Assembly (NCBI GenBank): GCA_016748015.1
Contig: JAAOMT010000197.1
Coordinates: 282,388-346,387, forward strand
Reading direction: 5' to 3'
Length of the DNA: 64,000 nt
DNA from: Geosiphon pyriformis uo1
Taxonomy: Eukaryota; Fungi; Glomeromycota
Part shown: positions 49,700 through 63,706 of the stretch, one piece after another
Numbering within the stretch: the stretch's first letter is position 1
Layout: the number at the start of each line of letters is the position of its first letter
Program-made: the position numbers and the translations under genes
The notes under the pieces: generated by a model
Seen by the model: the letters and a program-made list of their open reading frames with translations, nothing else
Told to the model about the DNA's origin: nothing
The model's database searches: none

Positions 49700-51448
49700 A
49701 AATATTAAAAAAATGACAACTAGAACAAAAAATAAAAAAGTTACAATTAAGTAACTACTATATATAACTAAAAATAAATAACTCTTAAAAATAAAAAACT
49801 TTTTTTTTGTATTTTTATAATTATAACTAGAACAAAAAATAAAAAAAAATTACAATTTCTTTATTTTTTAAAGCAAATAATAGTATTTTTACAAGTAAAG
49901 TGCTTACAGATATTAAAACTGTTTAATAACACTTTGTAAAAATATTTTTTTTTAAATAAAATAGTAATAAACCAGTTTTTAAATGATTTTAAAATATTAT
50001 TTTTGTTTTTGGTTAAAGATTTTTTTTTTTTAAAGTTTTTTAAAAAAATTTATCTAAAATAGTTTTAATATAATTTCTGTTTTCTTTAAAAGTCTTAAAA
50101 TATTTAATAAAAAACTAATAACCAAATTATTATTTATTATTTTTTTTTTATTGCTGTTTAAATAATTAATTAACCAAAAACATTTTTTTAAATTTTTGTT
50201 ATATCTAATAACAACTCTTTTAAAATGTTAAAAAAATTCTTTTTTAATAGTTTTAATGTTATTTTTAATGTTTTAAACTTGGTTTTTTTTGTAAAAAATA
50301 AAGTTTTAATTTTTTTGGCTCTTTTGTAAATTTTGTATTAATAATACTAATTATAATATTTAATTCTATGATGATTATAAATAAAAAACAATTTTTTGTT
50401 CTAAATAATAGCAATAAAAACATATTAGTTTATTTTGATTTAAATTAATTTTAATTGTATTATTTAATATATTGATTTTAGTTAATTATTACTAGTTTTA
50501 AATACAAAACAAATTATATTTTTGCATATGTTTTTACTTAATTAACTTATTAAATTATTTGATTTTAAAAATTGAATTAATCAAATATATATTTTTTGTT
50601 TTCTGGTAATATTTAAAAAATAATTGTTAATTAAATAAATAATTTTTATTTTAATAATTAATATTTTTTTTTAAATTTAAATTAACTTTTATTAAACTTG
50701 TTTTTTAGTTTATATATAATTATATTAATATAAAATTAAGTTTAATATAAAAACAATTTATATTTTATTTAAATTATTGTTTTTTTTTGTATTATTAAAA
50801 AATTTAAAAATATTAATCAAGAAAAAATTGTTAAACTTATTTTAAACTTTTTTTTATATTGTTAATTTTGTTTTTTAATTTAGTTTTAATAACAATAAAA
50901 ACTAAATTACCTATAATTTGTTTTATAAAATTGTTTATTTTTAAACCAAATTATTTATAAAAAAAATAAAATAAAAAAATTACTTTTAACATATAAAAAA
51001 TTTAATTTAAATAGCACAATATTAAAAAAGTTTAAAATTTTTATTATTTTAACTTATAAATTATTTAATTTTAATATAAATAAGTTAAAAACACCAAAAT
51101 TTAAAAATAATAAATTATTAATTTTAATAAAAAAATTATTTAAAATTATATTTAAGCTTAAGACTAATACTAAAAAACAACAATAATTTAAATTTAAAAA
51201 GTAAACAAAGACAATATATTTAACTTAAATAACAAATTTATAATTTTATTTAAAAACAGTTTTAAATTTTTTTAATTTTAAAACAAATAATAAAAAATCT
51301 AATAAGTTGTTAATTAAATCTGTATTAAAACTATTAAAAAATTAAATTTACTATTTAAAATTTATTACTAAAAGTTATAAAATAGAAAATAAATTTTTAT
51401 TATATAAATACCAATAAATTAAATTTAATTAGTTAAATAATAAATAAA
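49700..51448. repeat. AT-eroded ancient repeat (left part of the host into which LINE D inserted)
   Basis: Shares blocks with 36.9-39.0 kb. Confidence 0.6.
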
Positions 51449-51568
51449 CTTCTTTCTCTCTTATCTTCACAAATCCCCAAAAAGCACATTTTCTGGGAAA
51501 AGAAGTTTTTCATTTTTTTAGTCTATATTAATATTTTTTTACTTAATAGTAACCCATTTTTCGTGGAT

Positions 51569-53428
51569 ATAGAGGCTACTGCTAGTAGCACTGCATCTAA
51601 GAAAAAAGCTCCTAAGAGTGCTTTTCAAGGTCCTGCTGGTGGCTCCTTTTCTTAGAAGAAAAAGGTTGTTCTTGGCAATATAAAACATTCTGGTGATAAA
51701 AAAAATATATTCTTAAGCAAAGCTAGATCTAGTGGCAGTGTGTATTCTGATGTGGAGAGTCTCTCTGGTGAGGATGAGAATGTTAGCATGTCTGAAACAA
51801 ATGGTGGATTTCTTTTGGGTTCAGCAGCTACTACATCCAAGACAAAATGAGTCAACACTGGTGCTGGTTTTGGTTCTCCACTTGGCTCTCCTAATTTTCA
51901 TATGAATGATAATGAAGTTGTGCTCTCTTCTCGCTTGCCTATCTCTTTAGAGAAAAAATGGATTGACCCTAAAATTATCAAGACTCCTGTGGAAGTATCA
52001 GTTAAAAAGTTATTTGCTTTGGATATTAATCTTTCAGCTGTGGAGGGTAAATTGGCAACAGCTAAAACTCAGTTAATTAGAAAAATTTTTTCAACAGTCA
52101 ATGGTTTTGGGGAGGCCACTACCCTCTCAAAATTTGAAGGGATCATCAGATCAATGTTTACATTAGAAAAGAGCATAGAAATGGCCACATTATTGGCTGG
52201 AGAAAATAAGATTGTTGTAAACACTAATCTCAAAAAACAAAGAGTGTGTTCAGATCGGGCTGTAATGATCAAAAAAATTCCCATAGACATGCTTAAGAAT
52301 ATGATTGTCACCACAGTCACCAAGTTTGGTGAAATTAAGTCGATCAGAATTCAATTAATCGGAATGTGGCAAAAGACTATAGTAGAGTTCGCCAAATCCA
52401 GTCAAGCTAATCTGCTAGTGTCAAAATGGTCATTCCTGATCGAGAAAGATTTAGTACATGTTGTCAAAGCTGCAGGAGATCGTGATGTCTGGTCATCTAG
52501 AGATCAGTTTAGGGTACTGTTGTCTACTTTGCCAGTAAGAATGACTGCACATGATCTTGGTACTCTTTTGGAAAGGGCTGAAGGAAAAACTTGCATCATC
52601 AATCATTCTTTGGAAACCGGCAATAGGTTTTGTTGTGCTGTGATTGGTTTTGAATCTAATGAGGAGTTGAAATCTGCTTTTCTCACTGAGCCTATTTTTG
52701 GTGGCATTTGTCTTTCTTGGGCTAGGTTAAATTTGGTTCAGTGTGGGAAGTGTGAGCGTTTTGGTCATTCAGTCCTGGAGTGCGATGCCTCTGATGTTTT
52801 ACCTTTTGTATCTTTCGAGTTGTTGAAAAGACCTTTTTTTGGTACGAATTGTCTTCAACTGGCAAGATTATATGCCAAAAAAAATGTTCCCATCTCTTGC
52901 CCTACTGTCTTTGGTGGCAAATCATGGGCTCAAGTAGTGTCTAGTGCCTTCTCTTCTGGTGGTTCTCCTTCCAGTTCTGGTTTGTTTTTTGGTGGCATGC
53001 CTCTCGTTGTGGGCCTTTCTAGTCATCAGGTTGTTAGTTTAAATGATTGTTTGGCAGTATTAGAGCACTCTTTGGAGATTCTTTCAGATCAAATTTCTGT
53101 TATTCTTAAAAAATTGAGTTTCATTGATCTGGTGTCATTGGCAGCTTCTTTTTGTGCTCCTTCTTTGGCTGTTTCTGTGCCTTCGGCTCTGGTTGTGGAT
53201 TCGAATATGACTATAGATAATATGTTGGCTTTGGCTGATCCTTCCTTTTCTGGTAGTAGTGGGTCTGCTACTGTTCTTAGTTCAAGTGGTTCAAAAGTCT
53301 TTATCTCCAAGATAGGTGGTTTGGAATCTAAGATGTCTGCTCTAGAGGCTTCATTCGGTTCAATTCTGGTGAGATTAGATCTCTTGTGTTCTGGTTCAGG
53401 TTCGTTTTTGGCCTCTTTGTCCCAATGA
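51569..53428 (+). pseudogene. LINE D ORF1 (RRM-like + CCHC knuckle); 508-aa open portion at 51902-53428
   Basis: CGKCERFGHSVLEC and RRM-like VMIKKIP..FGEIKSIRI..IVEF. The upstream part is broken by two stops. Confidence 0.88.
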
Positions 53429-56400
53429 GTGACTTGGTTTGGAAGGTGGCTATGTGTAACATTTATGGCATCAACATTTCTGCTAAACAAAAGGATGTTG
53501 TGTACTGGCATTTTGATTCTGGAAATTTGATTTCGATTATCACAAAGACAAAGTTAAGGTCTTCAACTAGACCATAGATTGCAAATAAATTTGATGGTGT
53601 GCGAATTTTCTCTTCAGGTTTTTTTGGTGCTGGGGTGGCTATTATTATGGCCGACTTCTTTACCTGTCATGTCACTAAGATCGAGAAGGTTTCTGGTCAT
53701 GTCATGGTAGTGCATCTCTTATTTAAGAATAAGCTTTCGGTGTCTGTTGTTGGTTTGTATATGGGTGCATCTTCTGGAACTCATTTTGGTCAGGCTTCTG
53801 AAGTGAACTCTGTCATTGCTAAGGCTGTTAACTCCAGCTGTTTCATTATTTTGGGTGGAGATTTCAATGAAAATGGATCTGAAAGAAATGTGAATTTCAA
53901 ATTCTGTTTGGAGTTGGGTTTGGTCAATTTGTTTGCTGGCTATCCTTTGGTCAGTAATTCTACATGGAGCAACTCTAGGGGGGTTGAAAAAACTATTGAT
54001 TTTATTTTTGTTAGTGAAAGTTTGGCTTCTGCTATCACTGGCCATGGGGTCGGCTCTGTTTTTGATTTTTTTGACACTGATCATTGTGTGGTTTCTGTCT
54101 CTGTTGGTTTGGATGGCCTTTTGGACAGCTGGTTGAATAGCTTGCACAAGCAGGCTAACAAGGATCACTAGAAGTTTCTCATTAAGGCTGCCAATAGGAC
54201 CAAATAGTCTCGGTTTAAGGACTGCACTTCTGCCAAGCTTTTGGCTGTGTCTGGTGGGTTTTTGGACACTCTGGCTCATGCTGATGTGGATGACATGTGG
54301 GTATTTTTGGAAAAGATGTTGGTGGATTCAGCAGATGAGATATTTTTGAGGCATTGGTTCAGTGAGTTTCAGTGTTCCAGGAACAAATTCTTTTCTAAGT
54401 TTTTCAGATTAGAACTGCTAGTTGCTAAAATTGTTAAAGGGCTGGGATTGGGCAATTTGCAAAGAATCAATTAGCTTATCAATGTCTGAGCCAAACTGGA
54501 TGGTGGTAAGGCTGTCATAATTGCCAGGTTGGTGGCAAGTCTTTAGATGTCTTAAAGCAATTGTCATTATTTTGGAAGGAATACAGGAAATCCAAGATGT
54601 ATAAGTCAAAGTTGGCTGAGGAAGCTTCTGTTTGGAAGGCCATTGAGAGCCACATGGAAAAATTTTGTTCTGATAAGGGTGCGATAATTAGAAATGTGTT
54701 GAATCAGCCTTTCCGCAAAGTAGTTTTTGATCATTTGGTTGTTAATGATAAATTGGTATTGGAGCCGGGTATGGTGAAGCTTGGTGTTGATGAGATCATG
54801 AAAGGCTGGACTAGGAAGAGAACAGTGTCTTTGGTTGTGCCTGATGTCTGGGCTCGTCAGTATGCTCCATTGGATTATGTAAAAGATAATGCTTTTTTGG
54901 GTGTGATGTGCTCAATTGATATGAGTGAGTTGCTTTTGGTAGTTAACAATTTACCTAATAGCAAGGCTGCTGGTCTGTCTGGTATTCCTAATGAGTTGTA
55001 GAAGCACTGTGATGACATAGTGTTGAAGTGTCTTTTGGGTTTGCTGAATTCATATTTGACTATGGGGGATGTGCCTGTTTTGTGGAAAAGAGCTTGGGTT
55101 TCTATGATCCCTAAACCTTATGACTGGGATGAAATTCTCACAAACACTCGACCCATTGTTCTTATCAAGATGGCCAGGAAAATTCTCTTCAAGATTTTGT
55201 CAGATTGTATTTCTTTGGCATGCAGCAAGTTCAGTGTTCTTCGAGATAATAATTTCTCAATGCTTAAGGGTACTTCTATGCAATCTCCAGTGTTTGCAAT
55301 TGGGTCTGTGATCGAGAATCCCCTTGAAAAGAACAGGGAGGTTTGGTTGATCTTGCAGGATATGCACAAAACATATGACTTGGTTGGATGGCACCACTTG
55401 AAAGCAAGCTTGCGGCATATTAAAATATGTGAGAGATTTGTGTTATTTTTTGGTAACATCTATGAGAATAGAGTTAACAGAGTAATAACAGACTTTGGGC
55501 TTTTAAATGGTTATGTAGTACATGATGGGTTGGATCAGGGTGAGGTCTTCTCACCCCTTTTATGGAGAATTTTTTATGACCCACTTCTGTGTGAAGTTAA
55601 AAAACATGAACAGTTTTTTGAATACCAAATAGATTCCAAGTTCATTTTGAGGTCAGGCCATATTGAGAACAATGATGGGTTCTTTTCTTATTTTATGGCT
55701 GGTGTTTTTGTTGATGATACAATATAGGTTGGAAACTGTCAAACTGCTACTCAGAATATTTTGGACATTGCAAGTGGGTTTTTTGTTCTTAATAACATTT
55801 CTATCAACAATGAAAAGACTGTGGCCATTCTGATCAATCAGAGTGTTAGGGTTGCTTCTTTGTGTATTAGTGGTCTTCCCATCTCAATCACTAAAAAGAA
55901 TGAGGCTCATCATTATCTGGGGATCTTTCTATCTACTGATGGGCTTTCAAAGCCAAGTCTGGCTAAAGCATATTCTGATGTTTGTTTTTTTACTAATGTG
56001 GTTCTTAGAAAGACTATTACTAATAAGCAGTTTTCATATTTGGTGTCGGCCATCTTGCAGCCTATTGTTAGCTATTGCACTCAGTTCAGCTTTGTTTCAT
56101 TGTTTGTATGCTGCAAATAGGATGTGATGTTAAGAAAGAGTCTTAAGTCCAAAGCTGGTTTGTCTTGTGATTTCCCTACTGAGACTTTGTGTCATTCCTC
56201 TTTGTATGACCTAAAATCTTTTAAACAGGTGCAGTCTGAAGGAAAGTTGGCTGTCTTGATCTCATTTTCCAATTCTTTTGGTGTTCTTGGACGTTTGTTT
56301 GAGCATAGGTTTCTTGATTTACAGATTTTGGAGTGGTCTCCTCTGAACCCTTTACAGTTTCCTGTTAAATTGTGTGTTAGTCCTGTAAATAATTTTCTGG

Positions 56401-56971
56401 CTGGTGTGATTAGGATTTTTCTGTGTAATGAGCTGTCTCTGGCCAATAATTTGCCCAATATGTTCCATAGTCCTGGTCACTTTCCTGTGCCTTTCATTCT
56501 GGAGGGGTCTCTATTCCTCGATTCTATTCATTTGTTGAAGTGGTTTGGTGTGGCTTTTGGTGATAGACTGTTTGACAAAAAAGGGTGTGTTATGAGTTGG
56601 AAGACTTTTCAGCACTAGAAGAAGCTGAATCCTAGAGGTTTTGTTCCTCACTAGTTTAAGGTGGTGTCTGAGTTTCTTTGTAGTAGGAGCACTTTTATGG
56701 CTGTCTCTGTGGAGTCTGCTTGTCCTTCTAGTTTGAGTGTTTTAAATACTAAAAAGTTTTTTGTTGTTCAGAATGGGTTGCATAAAATCTGGTTTGGTTC
56801 TTTTGAGATTTTTACGGATGGTTCTGTTAGGAATTATGGATGTGTTAATGTAACTAGTAGAGCGGCTGCTTATTTTTCTGCAATTAATTTGAGTGTTGGC
56901 ATTAGGGTTCTTGGGCTGTTGTCTTCTACTATGGCCAAACTACAGACCATCACTTTGGCTTTGGAGTGTGT
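53425..56971 (+). pseudogene. LINE D ORF2 (APE-RT-RNase H), truncated by the gap
   Basis: ILGGDFNE, IDFIFVS, DTDH, QDMHKTYD, VHDGLDQGEVFSPLLW, VFVDDTI and IFTDGS. Confidence 0.9.
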
Positions 56972-57866
56972 NNNNNNNNNNNNNNNNNNNNNNNNNNNNN
57001 NNNNNNNNNNNNNNNNNNNNNNNNNNNNNNNNNNNNNNNNNNNNNNNNNNNNNNNNNNNNNNNNNNNNNNNNNNNNNNNNNNNNNNNNNNNNNNNNNNNN
57101 NNNNNNNNNNNNNNNNNNNNNNNNNNNNNNNNNNNNNNNNNNNNNNNNNNNNNNNNNNNNNNNNNNNNNNNNNNNNNNNNNNNNNNNNNNNNNNNNNNNN
57201 NNNNNNNNNNNNNNNNNNNNNNNNNNNNNNNNNNNNNNNNNNNNNNNNNNNNNNNNNNNNNNNNNNNNNNNNNNNNNNNNNNNNNNNNNNNNNNNNNNNN
57301 NNNNNNNNNNNNNNNNNNNNNNNNNNNNNNNNNNNNNNNNNNNNNNNNNNNNNNNNNNNNNNNNNNNNNNNNNNNNNNNNNNNNNNNNNNNNNNNNNNNN
57401 NNNNNNNNNNNNNNNNNNNNNNNNNNNNNNNNNNNNNNNNNNNNNNNNNNNNNNNNNNNNNNNNNNNNNNNNNNNNNNNNNNNNNNNNNNNNNNNNNNNN
57501 NNNNNNNNNNNNNNNNNNNNNNNNNNNNNNNNNNNNNNNNNNNNNNNNNNNNNNNNNNNNNNNNNNNNNNNNNNNNNNNNNNNNNNNNNNNNNNNNNNNN
57601 NNNNNNNNNNNNNNNNNNNNNNNNNNNNNNNNNNNNNNNNNNNNNNNNNNNNNNNNNNNNNNNNNNNNNNNNNNNNNNNNNNNNNNNNNNNNNNNNNNNN
57701 NNNNNNNNNNNNNNNNNNNNNNNNNNNNNNNNNNNNNNNNNNNNNNNNNNNNNNNNNNNNNNNNNNNNNNNNNNNNNNNNNNNNNNNNNNNNNNNNNNNN
57801 NNNNNNNNNNNNNNNNNNNNNNNNNNNNNNNNNNNNNNNNNNNNNNNNNNNNNNNNNNNNNNNNNN
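56972..57866. other. Assembly gap (895 N)
   Basis: Run of N. Its size is similar to the LINE segment missing relative to copy A (~1 kb). Confidence 0.99.
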
Positions 57867-57965
57867 GCGTGAGCTGCATTTAGTTTAAGTCTCTTAGTTT
57901 GGTTTTATATACTAGATAGCAGTTGGACTTCATTTGTTAATTGCATTAATAAAAATAAATAAATA

Positions 57966-59500
57966 ATAACATATGCTTAATAATTTTTTTGAGCTAATTT
58001 TTAAAAAAATTACATTTTAATAGTATATATTTAAAATACTTATAATTTTACAATAAATTAAATTTATAATAAATTTATCTTATCAAATACTAAAATAATA
58101 CAATAGGTTTTTTTATATTATTTTTACTCTTAAAACAAATAATAATATGTTTTATTTTATTATTTATAATAAAAATATAATTAATAATACAGAATCTTAT
58201 TTTTAATTGTTTTAAGTAATATAAAATTAAAAAATTAATATGATTTAAATTGACAAATTTTATTATAGTTTTTTTATTTAATTTAATTAATAATTTTTTT
58301 AAATCTAAAAAAAATTAAAACAACAATTTTTTTGGTTTTTTAAAATTATCATTTATTAATATATTTTTAATTAATATTATAATTTTATTTAAATTAAATT
58401 TTAATATAAATATTAATTTAATAATTTTTTAAAATTTTGAAAAAATAAAAACTTTTTTAAACTATTTATTAAAGAAACCATTTTTTAATCACTTATATTA
58501 TTTTATTAGATATTAATATTTAATACATAAAATTTTTTAATAATAACTTTTAATTTTTTTCTAATAATCTTAAAAACAAACTACTTATAACAAAAAAAAG
58601 ATAAAAAAAATATTAATATTATAACAGCTTTGTTTTAGCAATAAAATTATTAACTTGTTAATAATAATTTATTTTGCTTTAAAATATTTATTTAAAAATT
58701 TAAAAAAGTTTTATTTTTACTATTAGTTTTAAATCCAATATTAATTATTATTATTTTGTTAATTTAAGTTTAAAGTTAGTTTTTATGCTATTATAAACTT
58801 TAAAAATATTTAAAACATCACTTGAAAAAATTTTTTTTTAAAAAAACCTTTTATTACTAAAATCTTTTATTTTATTTTTTGGTTTTTAAGTAATATTATT
58901 ATTGATAAAATTATGTATAATATTTTTTGTAAACTTTTTTTTAATTATATTATTATTAAAAATAATTATTAATTTTTTTATAAAAAAGTTAATATTTTAT
59001 AAAATATTAAAAATTACAAAGCAAAAAAACCAAAAAAATTTTATTTTAAAGAATTTTAAACATAAGAAAAAAAATTAAAATAAATAATAAAAAATTTTTA
59101 CTTTGTTAAATTATTAAAAAAGTTGTTTTTAATATGTAATTATATTTTTATTTTATTGTTTTATTATAAATATATATTTATATAATAATATTTTTATTTT
59201 ATTTTTTTATTAAAACATTGGCTTTATATATTTTAATTATAATATAAATAAAATTAATATAAAAAATCAAAAAAAAAACTTTACAGATTTAAAATTAAGC
59301 ATTTTATCATTACATTTCTATGTCATATATGTTAATATAAATTTATATTATATTATATTAAAAAATTTATTTTGAGAATATAAACACAATAAAAATTTTT
59401 AATATTAAATAAATATACTTATATATATTTGTTTTGATTTATAATTCTAATTATATTTAATTAATTTAATTAATTATCATATTTATTTATGTTTAAATTG
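57966..59500. repeat. AT-eroded ancient repeat (right part)
   Basis: Shares blocks with ~37700-38300. Confidence 0.6.
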
Positions 59501-59664
59501 TAAATTTAGTTAAAATAACAAAATTTTTAATTTCAAGTGTCATTTTTAGTTATATATTTAATGATTTAATTTTCAACAAGTGACATTGATTTTTAATATA
59601 ATTTAAATTTAACATTGATTTTAATGCTAATAACTGCTGCAAGGTATCCCTTTTTAATGACACT

Positions 59665-59670
59665 ACGCGT
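59665..59670. promoter_or_regulatory. MluI cell-cycle box (ACGCGT) upstream of NSE3
   Basis: Single hexamer ~115 bp upstream of the ATG in AT-rich context; function is inferred. Confidence 0.35.
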
Positions 59671-59782
59671 CTATCCCCAAGTTCGCTTCTGTAAATAAGA
59701 TTTCCAATATTGTCAAACATTTTTATATAGGATTCACATCTTTGCAACCTTTCGGCCCTTCACAAATTTATAATTTCTCAAA

Positions 59783-61262
59783 ATGGTATCGAATTTGCTC
59801 GCTTGAAAATTTATTAACTGGATATACTTAAATCGACTAGCCTTTATTTATTGATGCTCTTTAGAGTTTGAGAAGCAGACGTATTCGAAGTTTACAGGTA
59901 ATTCTGAAGACTTCAGCTAGAACGACTGTCGAAATCATATCTTTTGATGTTGAGTTAACTCCTTTTTAATTCATACAGGATGAATCTGAAGAACCTGGCC
60001 CTTCGCGCCGAACAGCCGCTCATACACCACAGCGTTCTTTTGAGCGTCTTAAAGCTACCTCCAAGCGTAGAAGAGACGTAGAAGACGAAGTTTCAGATGT
60101 CTCGCTCGGCGAAGATTCTCCTACTGAGATCCCTCTGACACCTGCCAAAACAGCCCTGTCAAAGCTAACAGACGAAGTGAGAATAATTTCTAATGGACAA
60201 AACGTTTATTAAAACTTTTTAAATGAATATATCATCATTGAAAATAGGAAATCACCCGTAAAGTCAAAGGCTTGGTCAGGCTCGCTTTGTGTTCAGAACT
60301 CAAAAAAGTACCAATAAGACGGGAAGATATAATGAAAAAAGGTATGATGCTAGTGTTTTAATTGGTTTACAGAATTAATTTTGTATTTATGCTTTCTCCC
60401 AATCTACAACGCGTTCAAGTACTGCAGGAACATTCAAAGGTTTTTCAAGAAATATTTGATCGAGCCCAATATGAATTACGCGATATTTATGGGATGGAGT
60501 TGGTTGAATTGCCGACTAAAGAAAAGAAACCCGCGACCCGTAGCGGAACAGTACGACGAGGTATTTATTTCGGGTGGTTTTATTGCATTTCTAAGTTTTA
60601 TATAAATTCATTTATTTTCATTTTAGCCACATTGAATAATAAAGCGACATCTTCAGCTTGTAAATCCTACACACTTGTGAACATTCTTCCTGAAGAGTTG
60701 AAAGGTGACGATATTATTCATTGGCAAAGGGATGAAGAATCAATAATGGGCTTGCTAACTGTTATCCTCAGCCTTATTTTGGTTAATGGACATATATTAA
60801 CCGATGGTAATCAATCCCATTCCAGAACATTACATTATTTCTTCATGGCTTTTTTTCATATTGTAATGTATTTACTTCAATAGACCAGTTAAAGGATTAC
60901 ATCACTCGTCTCCATCTTCATGAAGCGAATGAGACATTTGGAGACGTTGAAAAATTGTTGTTGTCATTCGTCAAACAAGGATACCTGGGTCGTCAAAAAT
61001 CTGGTATGATAGATCAAATATCGGAAAAAGAAAATGTGGAGTATATTTGGGGACCACGGGCTAAAGTGGAAATACCAAAAGAAAACTTAATCCAATTTAT
61101 CAAGATGGTTTGGCATAATTTTTATATAACCAAAATTTCCGTTGAACCTTTTCAATTACAGTCATATAATATATATTCAATACACGTTCCTAGATTTTTG
61201 GACCGGAAGCCCCACAAGATTTAGCCCGGCAGATCGAAAGGGTTTCAGGTTTCGATGGTTGA
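59783..61262 (+). CDS. NSE3: MAGE-domain Smc5/6 subunit Nse3, ~8 exons
   Basis: KVKGLVRLAL..PIRREDIMKKVL, AQYELRDIYGMELVELP, GLLTVILSLILVNG, KQGYL and WGPRAKVE. Confidence 0.92.
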
Positions 61263-61452
61263 TCTACTTCGCCATCGGATGTGATGTATCTGCAATTTTA
61301 GTTTCTTTTAAGATGATAAGAATATCTATAATAATATAATTTTTATCTACAATTCTAATGGTAATCAATGATTATCCGAATGTCTTTTTAATATTATATT
61401 CAGCCTTCTAAAGGTCATTATTTCAGATGAATATCTTTCAATGTTTAGTATC

Positions 61453-63706
61453 CTATGGCACGTAAATTCTACACCACCCCTCGACTGGTCGCCTGCAACA
61501 TGGACAAGTTTTGAACCTATTTCAAAAATGAAAGCCTGTCAATAATTATCATGGGAATATCAAATAAATTTGGCTATATACCTTTTTTGAGCCATCACTT
61601 CTCTGCATTCATTGCACATTGCAAAGCAACTAGTAATACCAAAAGATGGGTTTGATCAAAGGAACATGAAAGGAAATCAAATTTTTATTAAAATACCTGC
61701 ACGGTTTAAGAAGACATTGCCGGGGCTCGGCGTGGCATATTACACAAAGTCGATCAGTTATTGGTTGTTTGATTTCGCCAATCTCACGCCTTTGTTGTAT
61801 AAGAGCTAAAAGAGCGGAGTTCTCTTGCGCCGCTGAAGATACTGGGGGCCTTTCAGTAAGATGCCGGTATTGAGTTCGAGTAAGAGTTGGAGTGTGCATA
61901 AGATGGGTAAGGAAAAGTTGCAAGATTGAAGCAGAAGGATGTGATGACAAGGATTGGGTTTGTTCTTGTTCTCGGATATCATTACCAAGAGAGATTAACT
62001 CATTATAAACATCCTGAGATTCATCATCTTCAGAATCGCTTTCGGATTCATGATTTGGAATATCATTTTCTTTATACTCGTCGTCATCTTCATCATCAAG
62101 ATCTTCATTTTGTAAGAACCTGGCGTACAGGTCTGCGTCGCTATCAAACCCATCTGCAATGTTGTGATGCTCCAATCTCACTTGTGGGCTACCCTCCATT
62201 AATTCTTGAGAATTATTGTTGCCTCTTGCCAAGAAAGGAATAGGGAGTCTATCCAAGACCCATGCCCCACAATCAGCAGCTGCTTGAATAAGTGAGATGG
62301 CAAAATTTGTCATGACTGTTAAACGCAGTGGGTTGTCATCTGGCTCCTGGGAAGCCGTCGTTCCATTAATTTCCAGCTGCTCATTATCATAACCACACGT
62401 TGGTCGCCGTCTATTGGATTTTCGACGTCTACGTGAAGTTTCAAAAACTGTTCCCATCGGAACTGCAATCGGATTCATTTCGTTGCGATATCCATCAGTT
62501 CTGGTTGCTTCGATCTAAAATCAATTTGATAAGCATTTCAGTATTTTGAATGTATTACTGTAAAATTAACATCAACATAACTTACACAAGCCATCCCAAT
62601 GGAGTACAATGCCATCGTATAATCTTGGTTGAGAGAAGGCAATGAACGCGCATCCAAAAAAAATCTTCCTCTGAGATTTCCTCCGGTTGCTATTATAGCT
62701 ATGCCATGTAATATAGTACACATGATAATCACACATATCAAAGCTAATTCAGGAAATCGCGCCACACTTTGTAATAAGGGATATGTTTCGGAGTAACGTA
62801 AGGCATGAGCAAGATGTCCAATACCGATGATCCCTATGATGGTTGTTGGTATGAGACGATACTGTGTACCATGTGGATGGATGTAAAGAATTTCTAAAAC
62901 TAAAGCGTCTACCAACTCGAGCAACGCAATTATGAGTAAATCAATGTTGGAGTGAAAATTCGACGCATACAAGTGAAATAACAATGCCCATTCGTAGAGA
63001 TTTGTCGCCTGTTCTCTTCCGGGAAGACTAAAGAAGTGAGAATTATCTATGTCAAGAAAATCAGTGAAAATAACTTTGAAAAGAGAGAATATAAAGATGG
63101 GAGAACACCGTACTTTCTATTTTCTAGACTTGAATGAAAAGCTTTCATAATATACACTGCTGACAACGCCTTCAAACACAGCCACAAAGCTTGATGATCG
63201 GTATAATCAAGGCTGTAGCCAAGTACTGATTCGGCCACATACTTTTGAAGCCAGGGAATTTCTCCGGCAATACGTGAAATTAAAACCAAGGCTGATTTAA
63301 GCATTAGGAAAAAGCATGGCAGGCGAAGGAAAAGTCGAGTCGTAAACGGTAAAGGCCTTGGGTTACGGGGAGCGACAATCGCGTTAATTCGATTATTGAG
63401 GACATTCTAATGAACGAAGAACAAAACAGAACTAAGACAAAGAAACCGTGCGAATATGTTCAATAAGAATATGCTACCCGTTACTATTGCCATTTTATCG
63501 CTTACCACGAATATAGCAAGATACAAGTGGTGCGAGTAAATAAAATTCCATAGATTTGGGTGAAACTCGGGAAACTCTTGGCCCTCAAAATTCAATTGCT
63601 CTTCTTCTGGTAGTAACTTGTGCATATAATCACCCCAACTTGACACTAATTCACTTATGTAGCTTCCACTAAAGAAGAAATCTTCTCTCGTGGACAAAGT
63701 GTTCAT
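61453..63706 (-). CDS. Multi-pass membrane RING E3 ligase, Asi1/Asi3-like
   Basis: TM-rich N-half (LNNRINAIVAPR, LYEWALLFH), acidic linker and C-terminal RING CVIC..KPCSCFAMCNEC..CPCC. Start at MNTLS (63706) is inferred. Confidence 0.8.

Larger units (their letters stand above)
51449..57965 (+). mobile_element. LINE copy D, full length, spanning the assembly gap
   Basis: 5' UTR CTTCTTTCTCTC..CAAATCCCCAAAA, ORF1 and ORF2 up to RNase H at 56971. The 3' UTR and A-rich tail resume at 57867-57965. Confidence 0.92.

Noticed and set aside
51430-51448. TSD for LINE D (and for the other LINE copies)
   Set aside because: A/T-only flanks make candidate duplications indistinguishable from chance or from the A tail.
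56661-57888. Long ORFs of 305-403 aa in the ORF track
   Set aside because: Artefacts of translating the N gap.
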